A stretch of 63,423 nucleotides of DNA, counting the filler. It is 4 parts of 4 records of this genome, joined end to end, with 100 filler letters (N's around TTAATTAATTAA, not from the genome) between each part and the next. Parts side by side here need not be neighbours in the genome. Positions count along the whole stretch, not along the records: positions 27,901 to 53,203 come from SRR20825010_893; 3 more parts are not named here. The stretch is one strand, 5' to 3'. This document shows positions 37,801-45,772 of this stretch, piece by piece (the stretch's first letter is position 1; each line of letters opens with the position of its first letter). A model generated the notes under the pieces. The model did no database searches, was not told the origin of the DNA, and saw only the letters and a list, made by a program, of their open reading frames with translations. The translations under genes and the position numbers were made by a program.

Positions 37801-40128
37801 GACCCGACGCTGCTGCTGATCCTGCAGCAGCTGGCGGCGGGCTTCGATGCTCTCGTGGGCGTTTTCACGCTGTTCCAGGATAGCGGCCAGAAACTCATCG
37901 TATTCGCCGAACTGGCTTTCCAGTTCCTGTAGCTGATCGAGCATGCGGGTCATCAACCCGTCACACTCACGCACATCCATCAGGGTGCTGACGCCGTTGG
38001 CCAGGCTCTGTTCAAACAACCGGAGGCGCGCGGCAAACTGAGCCCTGGCCTCGGTACTGCCCTGCTCCTTCAGGCGGATCTCCGCTTCTGAGCGCTGCTG
38101 GTTGATGGTGGCGTAGATACCGGAAATGTTATTGGTGATGGCGGTTTCCAGTGCCGCATCATCGCCCGCCATGGTGGCCAACATGCCCTGGATCATATCA
38201 AGGCCCGACGTCAGCTCCCGATAGCGTTTGACGATGTTCTCGAGGGCGTCCCGGTTTTCCGCTTCAGCCAGGTCGGCCTGAAGCTCGTTTAACGTTTTAC
38301 GGTAGCCGTCCAGGGCCTCGGGCGACGCCAGGAAACGGAACGTTCGCTCGGTCAGTCGCTCTTCCGCGTCTGAGAGCTCTTTTTCCAATGCTTCAATCCG
38401 GGGCCTGTCGGCGTAGCGGCGGTCATTCAGGGTCCGGACCCGGCCCCGGTGTTCCCGCAGGCGGGCCAGGTAGCTGACAAATTGATCGGGGGCTTTCCAG
38501 CTGTCCGGCTTCATGTCCCTCATCAGGGACGCCTGCTCGTCCGCCACTTCTTTGATGGCGGTCGCCGTCTGCGCACGGATGCTCTGGACCTTTTCGTACT
38601 CATCCAGCACCAGTTCGGCGGTGCCGCGAATGGTGGTGAGTTGCTGGTGGAGCCCTGTAAACAGATGCTCTTCCTGGCGGCCAGACAGCCAGAAAAACTG
38701 ATCCAGGATGCGGTCGATGGTTCGAATCAGGCCGGTAAAATGGCGCTCGCTGGCGACCTTCGACGCCACCAGGCCAATCACGGTGTTGAGTTCCGCAATA
38801 CCCCGCACCAGTTCCGGGTTACCGATTCGCGCCAGTTCCGAATCGTTGGCCACGCTCGCCTCGGCATGATAGCTCTCTGACGTGAACGGGGTTTCCCAGA
38901 CCTGCAGCGGGTGCACCAGGGTAGGTTCGCTGTCGGCGTTGAAGATCACCAGATGGCCATTTTCGAACAGGGCGTAACCGTGCCCGGCAAGCGGTACGTC
39001 AACCTGTTTGCGGATCAGGTTATAGCGGTAGAGGATGACCTGCCCGGTGAGTTGCTCAAAAAATACGTAGAGCATATCCTCGCCATTAGGTGCCCGCAGG
39101 GTTCTTTTGAGGCGGAAGTCACCCTCGGGAATCTGGAAGGTCTTCAGCTCACCGGTCGTCAGGTATGAGCCGGAGGGAAAGATAAGGCCATGGTTATCGG
39201 GCAGGGATGCAACCGAGCCGGCCATGGCATCCACTCGCTCTATCCTGCGTTGGCTGCGGTTGAACAGGTAGTAACGCCAGCGCTCTTCGTTGAAGGGCAG
39301 GACCCGAACCAGCAGGATTTCCCCCAGGTCGGCATAGTCGAACGAGGCGTCGTCCAGGGACTGCGAATCGGACTCTACCGGGTCTGCATAGATGCCCTCT
39401 CCCGTTGCGGTATTGTTCTCCACCTTGAACGTGATATCGCCCCGCAGGTTATCCACAAACAGGGTGTCGGCAATGTTCAGATGCGGTGAACGGCCTTGAA
39501 CCTGGCTGTCGCGACCCACGGTTTTCCACGGAAAACTGAAACGATCCGGATAGGTAAGATCCCGCTCACCACGGTTGTCGATATACCGGCTCACCTCGCC
39601 ATCGGGTTTCAGCTCCCATCGGAATACCCGAAGGTCGTCCAGCTTGTCGCCGATGCGGAAGGCCATTAACAGCATGCCATTGAGAATGACCAGCTGTGAC
39701 AGGGTGGCCGTGTTGTAGTACTGCTGCAGCTCCCGGAAATCGATAGCAAACCGGTCGTTGCTCAGGAAGGAGCCGTCGATGGCGGCTTCGGTCATTTCGA
39801 AACCACCGTCACCATCGTTCAGGTGATACAACCTGAAGACATCCTCAATGGCCAAGGTCTTGCGCAGCCCCAACTGCAGGTTGAAGCCGAACAGCAGTTT
39901 GTCCCCCAGACGCACCACATCCCGCGCGACCGCATTGCTTTCGGTTCTCGCCCGGGCACGGCCCAGCACACTCATGCCGGCGCTGCCGAAGATATCCTCT
40001 CGGGCCTTGTTCAGCCCGGAAACCCGCTCCCTGAGCTGCTCGCCCTGATCAACGAGCCGTCGCTGAATGGTTTCAAAGGCAGAGCCTTCCTGAACAATGC
40101 TCTCGAGGCCGGTGCGATCCGTCGACAT
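34879..40128 (-). CDS. Giant (1749 aa) AAA+ ATPase with N-terminal beta-rich region and coiled coils (DUF3686-type)
   Basis: Walker A SPPGYGKTT, Walker B MLYLDD, sensor MAGNPY and LANRAD. Confidence 0.88.
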   Translation of the reverse strand: MSTDRTGLESIVQEGSAFETIQRRLVDQGEQLRERVSGLNKAREDIFGSAGMSVLGRARARTESNAVARDVVRLGDKLLFGFNLQLGLRKTLAIEDVFRLYHLNDGDGGFEMTEAAIDGSFLSNDRFAIDFRELQQYYNTATLSQLVILNGMLLMAFRIGDKLDDLRVFRWELKPDGEVSRYIDNRGERDLTYPDRFSFPWKTVGRDSQVQGRSPHLNIADTLFVDNLRGDITFKVENNTATGEGIYADPVESDSQSLDDASFDYADLGEILLVRVLPFNEERWRYYLFNRSQRRIERVDAMAGSVASLPDNHGLIFPSGSYLTTGELKTFQIPEGDFRLKRTLRAPNGEDMLYVFFEQLTGQVILYRYNLIRKQVDVPLAGHGYALFENGHLVIFNADSEPTLVHPLQVWETPFTSESYHAEASVANDSELARIGNPELVRGIAELNTVIGLVASKVASERHFTGLIRTIDRILDQFFWLSGRQEEHLFTGLHQQLTTIRGTAELVLDEYEKVQSIRAQTATAIKEVADEQASLMRDMKPDSWKAPDQFVSYLARLREHRGRVRTLNDRRYADRPRIEALEKELSDAEERLTERTFRFLASPEALDGYRKTLNELQADLAEAENRDALENIVKRYRELTSGLDMIQGMLATMAGDDAALETAITNNISGIYATINQQRSEAEIRLKEQGSTEARAQFAARLRLFEQSLANGVSTLMDVRECDGLMTRMLDQLQELESQFGEYDEFLAAILEQRENAHESIEARRQLLQDQQQRRVTTLTDAAERILKNVRRRTERFSSPEELHAFFASDAMVSRLRSMAGELRELGAAMEADDCLGQLKAAQDTALRSVRDKADIFEDGGAVIRLGKHKFSVNQQELDLTLIPRDDHVLLHLTGTQYYERLDEPELDRLRGYWNMSQPSESDRVYRGEYLAALVIEEFQEASDLPVNVADLEELTGHIRSFASPRYREGYEKGIHDHDAALIVSTLWPAIQSAGLLRFSPRSRALAMLFWAELSQQEKLTRQIRARCLSAGILSRLMQSNELRQSLEQELGPKLSEFVEACGLLLADKGSAERTLIDSAAQYLVRQLAEETDTFEITRYASELASGFTEALKRDNQFAQYRNALDAVASQPAARWTITSHWLKAWMNKADQQHLLHYLPEVVAMLNVDGALKTSVRSVELAFHVEGLLGQHSRIEERTLSLQLDEFDERLRYHRKEIIPGWQQLQEVRHKVLERWRDQLRLEEFRPRPLSSFVRNKLISESYLPIIGDNLAKQMGTAGEDRRTDQSGLLMMISPPGYGKTTLMEYVANRLGLIFMKINCPSLGHDVTSLDPEKAPHSTAEAELIKLNLALEMGNNVMLYLDDIQHTHPEFLQKFISLCDGTRRIEGVWRGRTRTYDMRGKRFCVVMAGNPYTESGEMFKVPDMLANRADIYNLGDVLSGMEHAFALSYIENSLSSNPVLAPLATRGMADFYRFADLAEGKAVADSDFEYDYSAAERDEIVSLLKKMIRVRETVLRVNQAYIASSAQAEAYRTEPTFKLQGSYRNMNKLAEKLSPVMSDGELEALIDDHYQGEAQLLTQGAEENLLKLKQMRGTLTEADAARWQSICEEYRRRQEAGGDEETGVKVVRQLGLIGEHMQQLAQQLASGQNNRKEQTPDLEKALGQLSRSMETGLIEGLQTVQLNPAVTVNLDSPPQVGDALMAFARIFEEAIVPLVRTMDGKLDLDLKTQNEMSRVLRVVRELQERLLAG

Positions 40129-40210
40129 ACCAAATCATCCTGAACGTAGGGGAAACCTGAATGGTGAAGGCATCGCCGGCGCTCCGTCAGGCGCCAGCAA
40201 AACCGGGGCT

Positions 40211-42214
40211 TTAGGCGGTTTCCGAGTTTCGGCTGGTTTTGTCTCCAGCAACCCGCCCGGCAAGCCCTGACAGGGCCGCCTGCAGTGAGGGTGACTTGTC
40301 CAGCACACCCTGGACGCTCTTGCCGTAACCAAGGCCTTGGGCAAATTTTTCGAAGATGCCGCCATCACCGCCGATCATCTCGAACTTGGCATCCTTGAGG
40401 GCTGCCGCCATCACCCGACCATTCTCCAACATTCCTGCCTTCTGGGCCTCGATCTGCGCCATCACCTCCTTCTCATGGACCTCCAGATTCATACGGAACT
40501 CTTCGAAGTGACGTGACTCCTCAGACATGCCGTCGTAGGCCTTCAACTTCTCTACCAGGCCGGCAGCTTCCGCCTTGGCCATAGCTTCTCGGGCGTCGGC
40601 CCTGGCGTGGCCCATGCGTTCTTCGCCTTCTGCCTCGGCCAACACCATCGCTTTGCGGGCATCCGCCTTGGCAACACCCAGTTTCTCTTCACCCAGGGCT
40701 TCGGTTTCGAGCCGCTGTTCAAGTACCCTGACTTCGGCCATACCGGCTTCTTCATCCGCCTTGGCAGTAACAGACTTGACTTCAGCATGCGCCAGGCCGT
40801 CGGCACGGATGGCAGAAGCCTGTGCTTCCTTAACCTGTGCTTCAGCAAGACCGTCCGCCGCTGCCATCGCCTGACGGCCGCGAGCCAGTTTCTCATCCGC
40901 AACCGATTTTTTCTCGGCCGCATCCAGGTCAGCCTGGGATTTCACGCGAACCTGCTCAGCCTCGAACTTGGCGCGTTCGAAGGCCGCCTCGGCCGCCTTC
41001 ACATCCATCAGTTTCAGTTCTTCGGCTTCCGCCTCTGCGGCAACCACCTTCGTAACTTTCAGGCGTTCAGCTTCGGACCGGTTGCGAACATCCTTGATGT
41101 TCTCTTCCTCTTCCGCCACGTTGCGCTCAACGGCAATACGCTGGCTGGTGATGTCGGCGATTTCCTTGCGCTCTTCTTCGAGCGCTTTTTCCATGCCGAT
41201 TCGTTCAATTTCCACGGCCCGTTCACGGTTAACATCCTCCAGCTCACGAGCCTGGCGAATCCGCACTTCCTCAATCTGCACGGCCCGTTCCCGCGCCTTC
41301 ATGGCCATTTCAATCTGGCGCTGCTTGTTCTCATCCGCAATGGCCAGTTCTTCATCGGTCTTGATGCGAGCCGCTTCCGCGCGCGCACGTTCTTGTTGAC
41401 GTACCTGCTCGGTCTCAGAAGACTCACGGGCCTGTAGGGTTTCAATCTCACGCTGCTGTCGGGCTTCCGCATCGGACTGACTGCGCTCAAGCTCCAACGA
41501 GGCCTCGCGGGCGGACACGTTCTTACGCTGGATCTCCAACTCCTGGTCCCGTTCCAGGCGGTTGGTCTCTACGTTGTGCATCGCGGTGATTTCGGTAATC
41601 CGCTTGATGCCCTCCGAATCCAGGATGTTGTTCGAGTCCAGGGACGATTTCGGCGTCTGCTCCAGATAATCGATGGCCACATCCTCAAGGACGTAGCCGT
41701 TCAGATCCTCGCCGATGGTCTCGACAATGGAATCCCGGAAGTGCTGGCGTTCCTCAAAGAGCTGCATGAACTCCAGTTTTTTACCAACCGTCTTGAGCGC
41801 TTCGCTGAACTTGGCATTGAACAACTGGTTGACCGCTTCCCGATCTGATGCCCGGCCAACGCCCACCGACTTGGCCACCCGCAGCACGTCTTCCGCCGTT
41901 TCATTCACTCGCAGGTAAAATGCAACCGTTATATCCGCACGCAAGTTGTCCTTACAGATCAACCCTTCCTTGCCGGTTCGGTTCAGTTCCAGGGTGATCA
42001 CCGAAATCTTCATGGTTTCGGATCGATGGATAACGGGCAGCACCATAGCACCGGTGAAGTACACCTTTGGTGTGGGCGACAGGTCGTTCACGATTAACGC
42101 CTGCCCCTGATCCACCTTTCGGTAGAACGCCTTGAACAGGGCCAGAATACCCAGTATTAGCAGAACCACCACACCGACGGTGGTAATTACCGGCATCATC
42201 CACGATAAATCCAT
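40211..42214 (-). CDS. Flotillin/SPFH protein (YqiK-like)
   Basis: N-terminal TM helix, SPFH domain (GLICKDNLRADITVAFYLRVN), long Glu/Ala coiled coil. Confidence 0.9.
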   Translation of the reverse strand: MDLSWMMPVITTVGVVVLLILGILALFKAFYRKVDQGQALIVNDLSPTPKVYFTGAMVLPVIHRSETMKISVITLELNRTGKEGLICKDNLRADITVAFYLRVNETAEDVLRVAKSVGVGRASDREAVNQLFNAKFSEALKTVGKKLEFMQLFEERQHFRDSIVETIGEDLNGYVLEDVAIDYLEQTPKSSLDSNNILDSEGIKRITEITAMHNVETNRLERDQELEIQRKNVSAREASLELERSQSDAEARQQREIETLQARESSETEQVRQQERARAEAARIKTDEELAIADENKQRQIEMAMKARERAVQIEEVRIRQARELEDVNRERAVEIERIGMEKALEEERKEIADITSQRIAVERNVAEEEENIKDVRNRSEAERLKVTKVVAAEAEAEELKLMDVKAAEAAFERAKFEAEQVRVKSQADLDAAEKKSVADEKLARGRQAMAAADGLAEAQVKEAQASAIRADGLAHAEVKSVTAKADEEAGMAEVRVLEQRLETEALGEEKLGVAKADARKAMVLAEAEGEERMGHARADAREAMAKAEAAGLVEKLKAYDGMSEESRHFEEFRMNLEVHEKEVMAQIEAQKAGMLENGRVMAAALKDAKFEMIGGDGGIFEKFAQGLGYGKSVQGVLDKSPSLQAALSGLAGRVAGDKTSRNSETA

Positions 42215-42259
42215 TTAACTTTTCTCCTGAGCTGATTGAAAGGACATGAGCGTGGTGGG

Positions 42260-42886
42260 TTATCCGGCCGATTCGCCGGAAAGGAATTCAGACTCCGGAA
42301 CAACCCACCAGGCGTTGTTGTCCGGAATATGGTCGATCAAAACTGCGCGGTCCCGGTAGGACAATGGCGTATGGCTACGCACCTGCAGCAACAGGTGGGC
42401 GCCATCCAGGGTGGCTTCTGCACGACCGGACGTTTCGGAAACGGATGAGGAAATCACAACACAGGGGGTGCCGATTATTCGCTTCTGCAGGGGCGGCAAA
42501 TAGGCCCGGCGAAACAGCGGGCGCAGCGGCCTCACTACGACCGAGGTGGCCAGGATACCAACCATGAAAGACACGACGACAACGGCGGCACCATACAGCC
42601 AGTGGATCAAGCCGGACGGCACCAGCGAGCCGAACAGCAAATCGATGAAATAGCTGGACAACCAACCGGTCAGAAACACCAGTGTGAGCACCAGGGGCAA
42701 CGGAACACCCTGCAGACCCAGCGTCACCATAAGGCCACTGAAATCACCCGACGCATCGATATCGCCCTCGGCATCAACATCCCCCATGCCGGACAGCGAA
42801 ATCAGCCAGTAGATAATGGCAACGCAGAGAAGAACGGAGAAAATGACCGTGGGGAAGGAGAACGCAACTGCGAAGAATGTTTCCAT
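42260..42886 (-). CDS. YqiJ/NfeD-like membrane protein with C-terminal OB fold
   Basis: FPTVIFS...GLQGVPL TM helices followed by a beta-rich domain; upstream of flotillin. Confidence 0.82.
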   Translation of the reverse strand: METFFAVAFSFPTVIFSVLLCVAIIYWLISLSGMGDVDAEGDIDASGDFSGLMVTLGLQGVPLPLVLTLVFLTGWLSSYFIDLLFGSLVPSGLIHWLYGAAVVVVSFMVGILATSVVVRPLRPLFRRAYLPPLQKRIIGTPCVVISSSVSETSGRAEATLDGAHLLLQVRSHTPLSYRDRAVLIDHIPDNNAWWVVPESEFLSGESAG

Positions 42887-42922
42887 ACGCGACCAGACAT
42901 CCGTTCCGGTAAATCCAATAGT

Positions 42923-42937
42923 TGACAGTTTTTGTCA
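42923..42937. promoter_or_regulatory. Putative operator 1 (TGACA-N5-TGTCA)
   Basis: TGACAGTTTTTGTCA, 36 nt from the leftward start codon. Confidence 0.7.
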
Positions 42938-43009
42938 GCGAGAAGTTGTTTATATCGCAAACAAACTATTTCTTGCAAATATTTAATCCTGCAGTTTAGA
43001 CTCGACTTG

Positions 43010-43026
43010 TTGACATAAAATGTCAA
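43010..43026. promoter_or_regulatory. Putative operator 2 (TTGACA-N5-TGTCAA)
   Basis: TTGACATAAAATGTCAA, 63 nt from the rightward start codon. Confidence 0.72.
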
Positions 43027-43089
43027 GCCACAGGACAAGGTTCGTCCGGATCGGCCGAACCGATTCAACGCCACAGGAAGGAGCAATTC

Positions 43090-43494
43090 GTGGATACCCA
43101 ATCTCTCACCCTGGCCCTGGGTGACGCCACCCATGCCGGCCGCACCTTTGATGTCATGCCCGTTGCCGGTGAGGAGCCGGTGCTTCAGGTCACGGTTTCC
43201 GGTGCCGAAGAAACGCCTGTCTACATTACCGTAACCGACACCCAGATTCTGTGCCTCGCGTATCTTTTTGACAAACAGGAACTGAACCCCGAACGGCTGA
43301 GTGATCTGCACGAGAACATGCTGAGAATCAGCGTGCCCATGCCTCTGAGTGGCCTGGGCAAGACCGGCGACCACTATGTGGTGTACGGCGCCCTGAGCCC
43401 AACTTCCGGCACGACGGAAATCATGCAGGAACTGGTCACGCTCGCCGAGAATGCCATCGACCTGTTACAGACATTTGAAGATTATCTGGCTTAA
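43090..43494 (+). CDS. YjfI/DUF2170 family protein
   Basis: QILCLAYLF...MPLSG...YVVYGALS...LAENA motif; upstream of pspA-like gene; AGGAG RBS. Confidence 0.85.
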   Translation: MDTQSLTLALGDATHAGRTFDVMPVAGEEPVLQVTVSGAEETPVYITVTDTQILCLAYLFDKQELNPERLSDLHENMLRISVPMPLSGLGKTGDHYVVYGALSPTSGTTEIMQELVTLAENAIDLLQTFEDYLA

Positions 43495-43508
43495 GTGAGG
43501 GGTGAGAC

Positions 43509-44204
43509 ATGAGAACCGTATTGAACAAAATCCTGACCGCCATGCGCGGTGGTGTTAACGAACTGGGTGAAGCCGTGGTGGATGGCCAGGGCAACCGGAT
43601 TCTGGAACAGGAGTTGCGGGACGCCGAGCATGAGCTTAAGCAGGCCAAGCAGGAGCTGGCAAGCCTGATGGCTGAGGCCGCCTCACTCGCTCGCCAGATC
43701 CGTACCGAGCAGGACAGTGCCAGCAAACGGGAAGGCGATGCCCGCAAAGCGCTGGCCGCCGGCCAGGAAGAGTTGGCCCGTGAAGTGGCCGAGCGCATTG
43801 TCGGACACGCGCGCCGAACCACAGAACTGACCCAGACCCGTGAATTGCTGCAGCAACGGATTGCCGGCCTGAAAGAGCGGGTGCAGCGGGCAGAGAAGCA
43901 GCTTGCCGATTATCGCCGGGAACTGCAGGTGGTGAAAACCAACGAACGTGTACTGCGCACCACGGCGCAGATTGATACCAACATCAACAGCAACCAGTCT
44001 TCCCTGGGCACCGCAAAGGACACTCTGGAGCGCATCCGCGAACGCCAGGCCCGGGAGGAAGACCGACAAACCGCCAGCGCAACGCTGGAGAAAGAGCTCA
44101 CCGGCGCAGATCTCGATGAGAAGCTGAAGGCCGCAGGTATCGACGGCGATAAAGACTCCGTCAACGACGTTCTGGCTCGCCTTAAAGGCAACCCGGCACA
44201 GTGA
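43509..44204 (+). CDS. PspA/IM30 family protein (YjfJ-like; ESCRT-III superfamily)
   Basis: N-terminal amphipathic helix, RILEQELRDA, EELAREVA, LDEKLKAAGI; all helical. Confidence 0.92.
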   Translation: MRTVLNKILTAMRGGVNELGEAVVDGQGNRILEQELRDAEHELKQAKQELASLMAEAASLARQIRTEQDSASKREGDARKALAAGQEELAREVAERIVGHARRTTELTQTRELLQQRIAGLKERVQRAEKQLADYRRELQVVKTNERVLRTTAQIDTNINSNQSSLGTAKDTLERIRERQAREEDRQTASATLEKELTGADLDEKLKAAGIDGDKDSVNDVLARLKGNPAQ

Positions 44205-44209
44205 TAACA

Positions 44210-44233
44210 GCACCCCCAAGATTTTGGGGGTGC
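44210..44233 (+). other. 10-bp stem-loop after pspA-like gene without a U tract
   Basis: GCACCCCCAA-gatt-TTGGGGGTGC. Confidence 0.7.
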
Positions 44234-44251
44234 ATTACCCAGGCTTAGCCA

Positions 44252-44584
44252 ATGTCAGGAAAAAGGGACTGGTCGAAGGAGGAACGCGCCGTTCAGGCTG
44301 TGCAAATGGCTTTTGATCTCTCCAATGAGATCCAACGGGCATTCCGGGTATCTGCCGCATTACAGGACGTTTCCACGGCCAATATGGTACGAAAAGTTCT
44401 GAAATTGCCCTACCGCGGGAACCGCATCCGTCCACGACTGACCGTCACGCTTCACGACGACGATTTTGACATCCTGGCCCAGAAATATGGCCTTGCCGTC
44501 GATGACCGGGTGGCCATACGCCAGAAGGTGGCAGAGGAGTTGCAGACATTCGCCCGCTCCTACCTGCCCGACTCGGAGAAGTGA
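44252..44584 (+). CDS. Hypothetical protein, possibly a tandem ribbon-helix-helix regulator
   Basis: Two strand-helix-helix-like units (VQMAFDLS... and RLTVTLHD...). Confidence 0.7.
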   Translation: MSGKRDWSKEERAVQAVQMAFDLSNEIQRAFRVSAALQDVSTANMVRKVLKLPYRGNRIRPRLTVTLHDDDFDILAQKYGLAVDDRVAIRQKVAEELQTFARSYLPDSEK

Positions 44585-44649
44585 CGTGGGCTTGAGGAAC
44601 CGGGCGCCGTGAGCGCCCAGGACAAGCATTAGTACAGGAAAAGGACATC

Positions 44650-45744
44650 ATGCCCAGAACACGCTATCAGCGCTGCCCTGCTTGCGCCACCACAGGCCTG
44701 GAGCCAACGAGCAACCCTTCGATACTAGACTGCCGACACTGTCACGGAATCTGGTTTGAAGACGGCGCGCTGAATAGGGCCATCGCCCATAAGCACGCCG
44801 ACATCGACGCATACGATCACGAATCACACCTCGGCCCTGCCCTGGAAACCAGCAATCGCCTTTGCCGGCGCTGTGAAGTTCCCATGGTTCACTACCAGTT
44901 GCTAAAAACCTACACCACGGAAATCGACTGCTGCCCGAACTGCGATGGCGTCTGGCTGGACAAGCCGGAGGTAGATCAGGTGATGCACTCACCCAAATTG
45001 AAACAGGCTCTGGGCGACCTGAACAAAAGCGTGACCTGGAAGTCCTGGCTGTTCCAGTTCTTCACATCGATGCCGGTGGAGTACAACATCCAGCCACACA
45101 GAACGCCCTGGGTAACGCGGGCGCTGGTGGTCATCTGCAGCCTGATTTTTCTGGCAGGGGCACTGACGCCAGCCGCCAATGAATGGGTGTTCGCCAACCT
45201 GGGCCTGAACTCGCAAACCCAGAGCCCGGCCCATTTCGTGCTCCAGCTACTCACCTACCAGTTTGTACATGGCGGACTGATGCACCTGGCGGGCAACATG
45301 TATTTCCTCTGGATCATCGGCGACAACCTCGAGGACGCCCTGGGCCATGGTGCCTTCCTCGCCCTGTACCTGTTCGCGGGTGTTATGGCGGCGCTGGCGG
45401 AACTGCTCTTCTTTAACACAGCAAACGGCCCGTTGCTGCTGGTCGGCGCCAGCGGTTCCATCGCGGCCCTGTTCGGGCTTTACCTGGTCTGGTTCCGCCA
45501 TGCCAGCCTGACCTTCATGATCGTGGTGTACCAGAAAAAGCTGGCGCCTCACTGGTATTTCATGATTTGGAGTGGCATTAACCTGTTCGGAATGTTCACT
45601 GGCCAGGGCGGCGTCGCCTGGGCAGCCCACCTGGGCGGATTCGCCCTGGGGCTGTCATTGGGCTACCTGCTGAAAGATCACGTGCACCGCAAGAACCCGC
45701 TAATTGCCATGCTGAATCAGCCGGAGGCAGTTCTGCGGCGGTGA
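44650..45744 (+). CDS. Rhomboid intramembrane serine protease with two N-terminal Zn ribbons
   Basis: CPAC/CRHC and CRRC/CPNC pairs, HGGLMHLAGNM, GASG and AHLGG. Confidence 0.93.
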   Translation: MPRTRYQRCPACATTGLEPTSNPSILDCRHCHGIWFEDGALNRAIAHKHADIDAYDHESHLGPALETSNRLCRRCEVPMVHYQLLKTYTTEIDCCPNCDGVWLDKPEVDQVMHSPKLKQALGDLNKSVTWKSWLFQFFTSMPVEYNIQPHRTPWVTRALVVICSLIFLAGALTPAANEWVFANLGLNSQTQSPAHFVLQLLTYQFVHGGLMHLAGNMYFLWIIGDNLEDALGHGAFLALYLFAGVMAALAELLFFNTANGPLLLVGASGSIAALFGLYLVWFRHASLTFMIVVYQKKLAPHWYFMIWSGINLFGMFTGQGGVAWAAHLGGFALGLSLGYLLKDHVHRKNPLIAMLNQPEAVLRR

Positions 45745-45772
45745 CGAGGCGCTCAGGAAATGAGCGCCGTTT

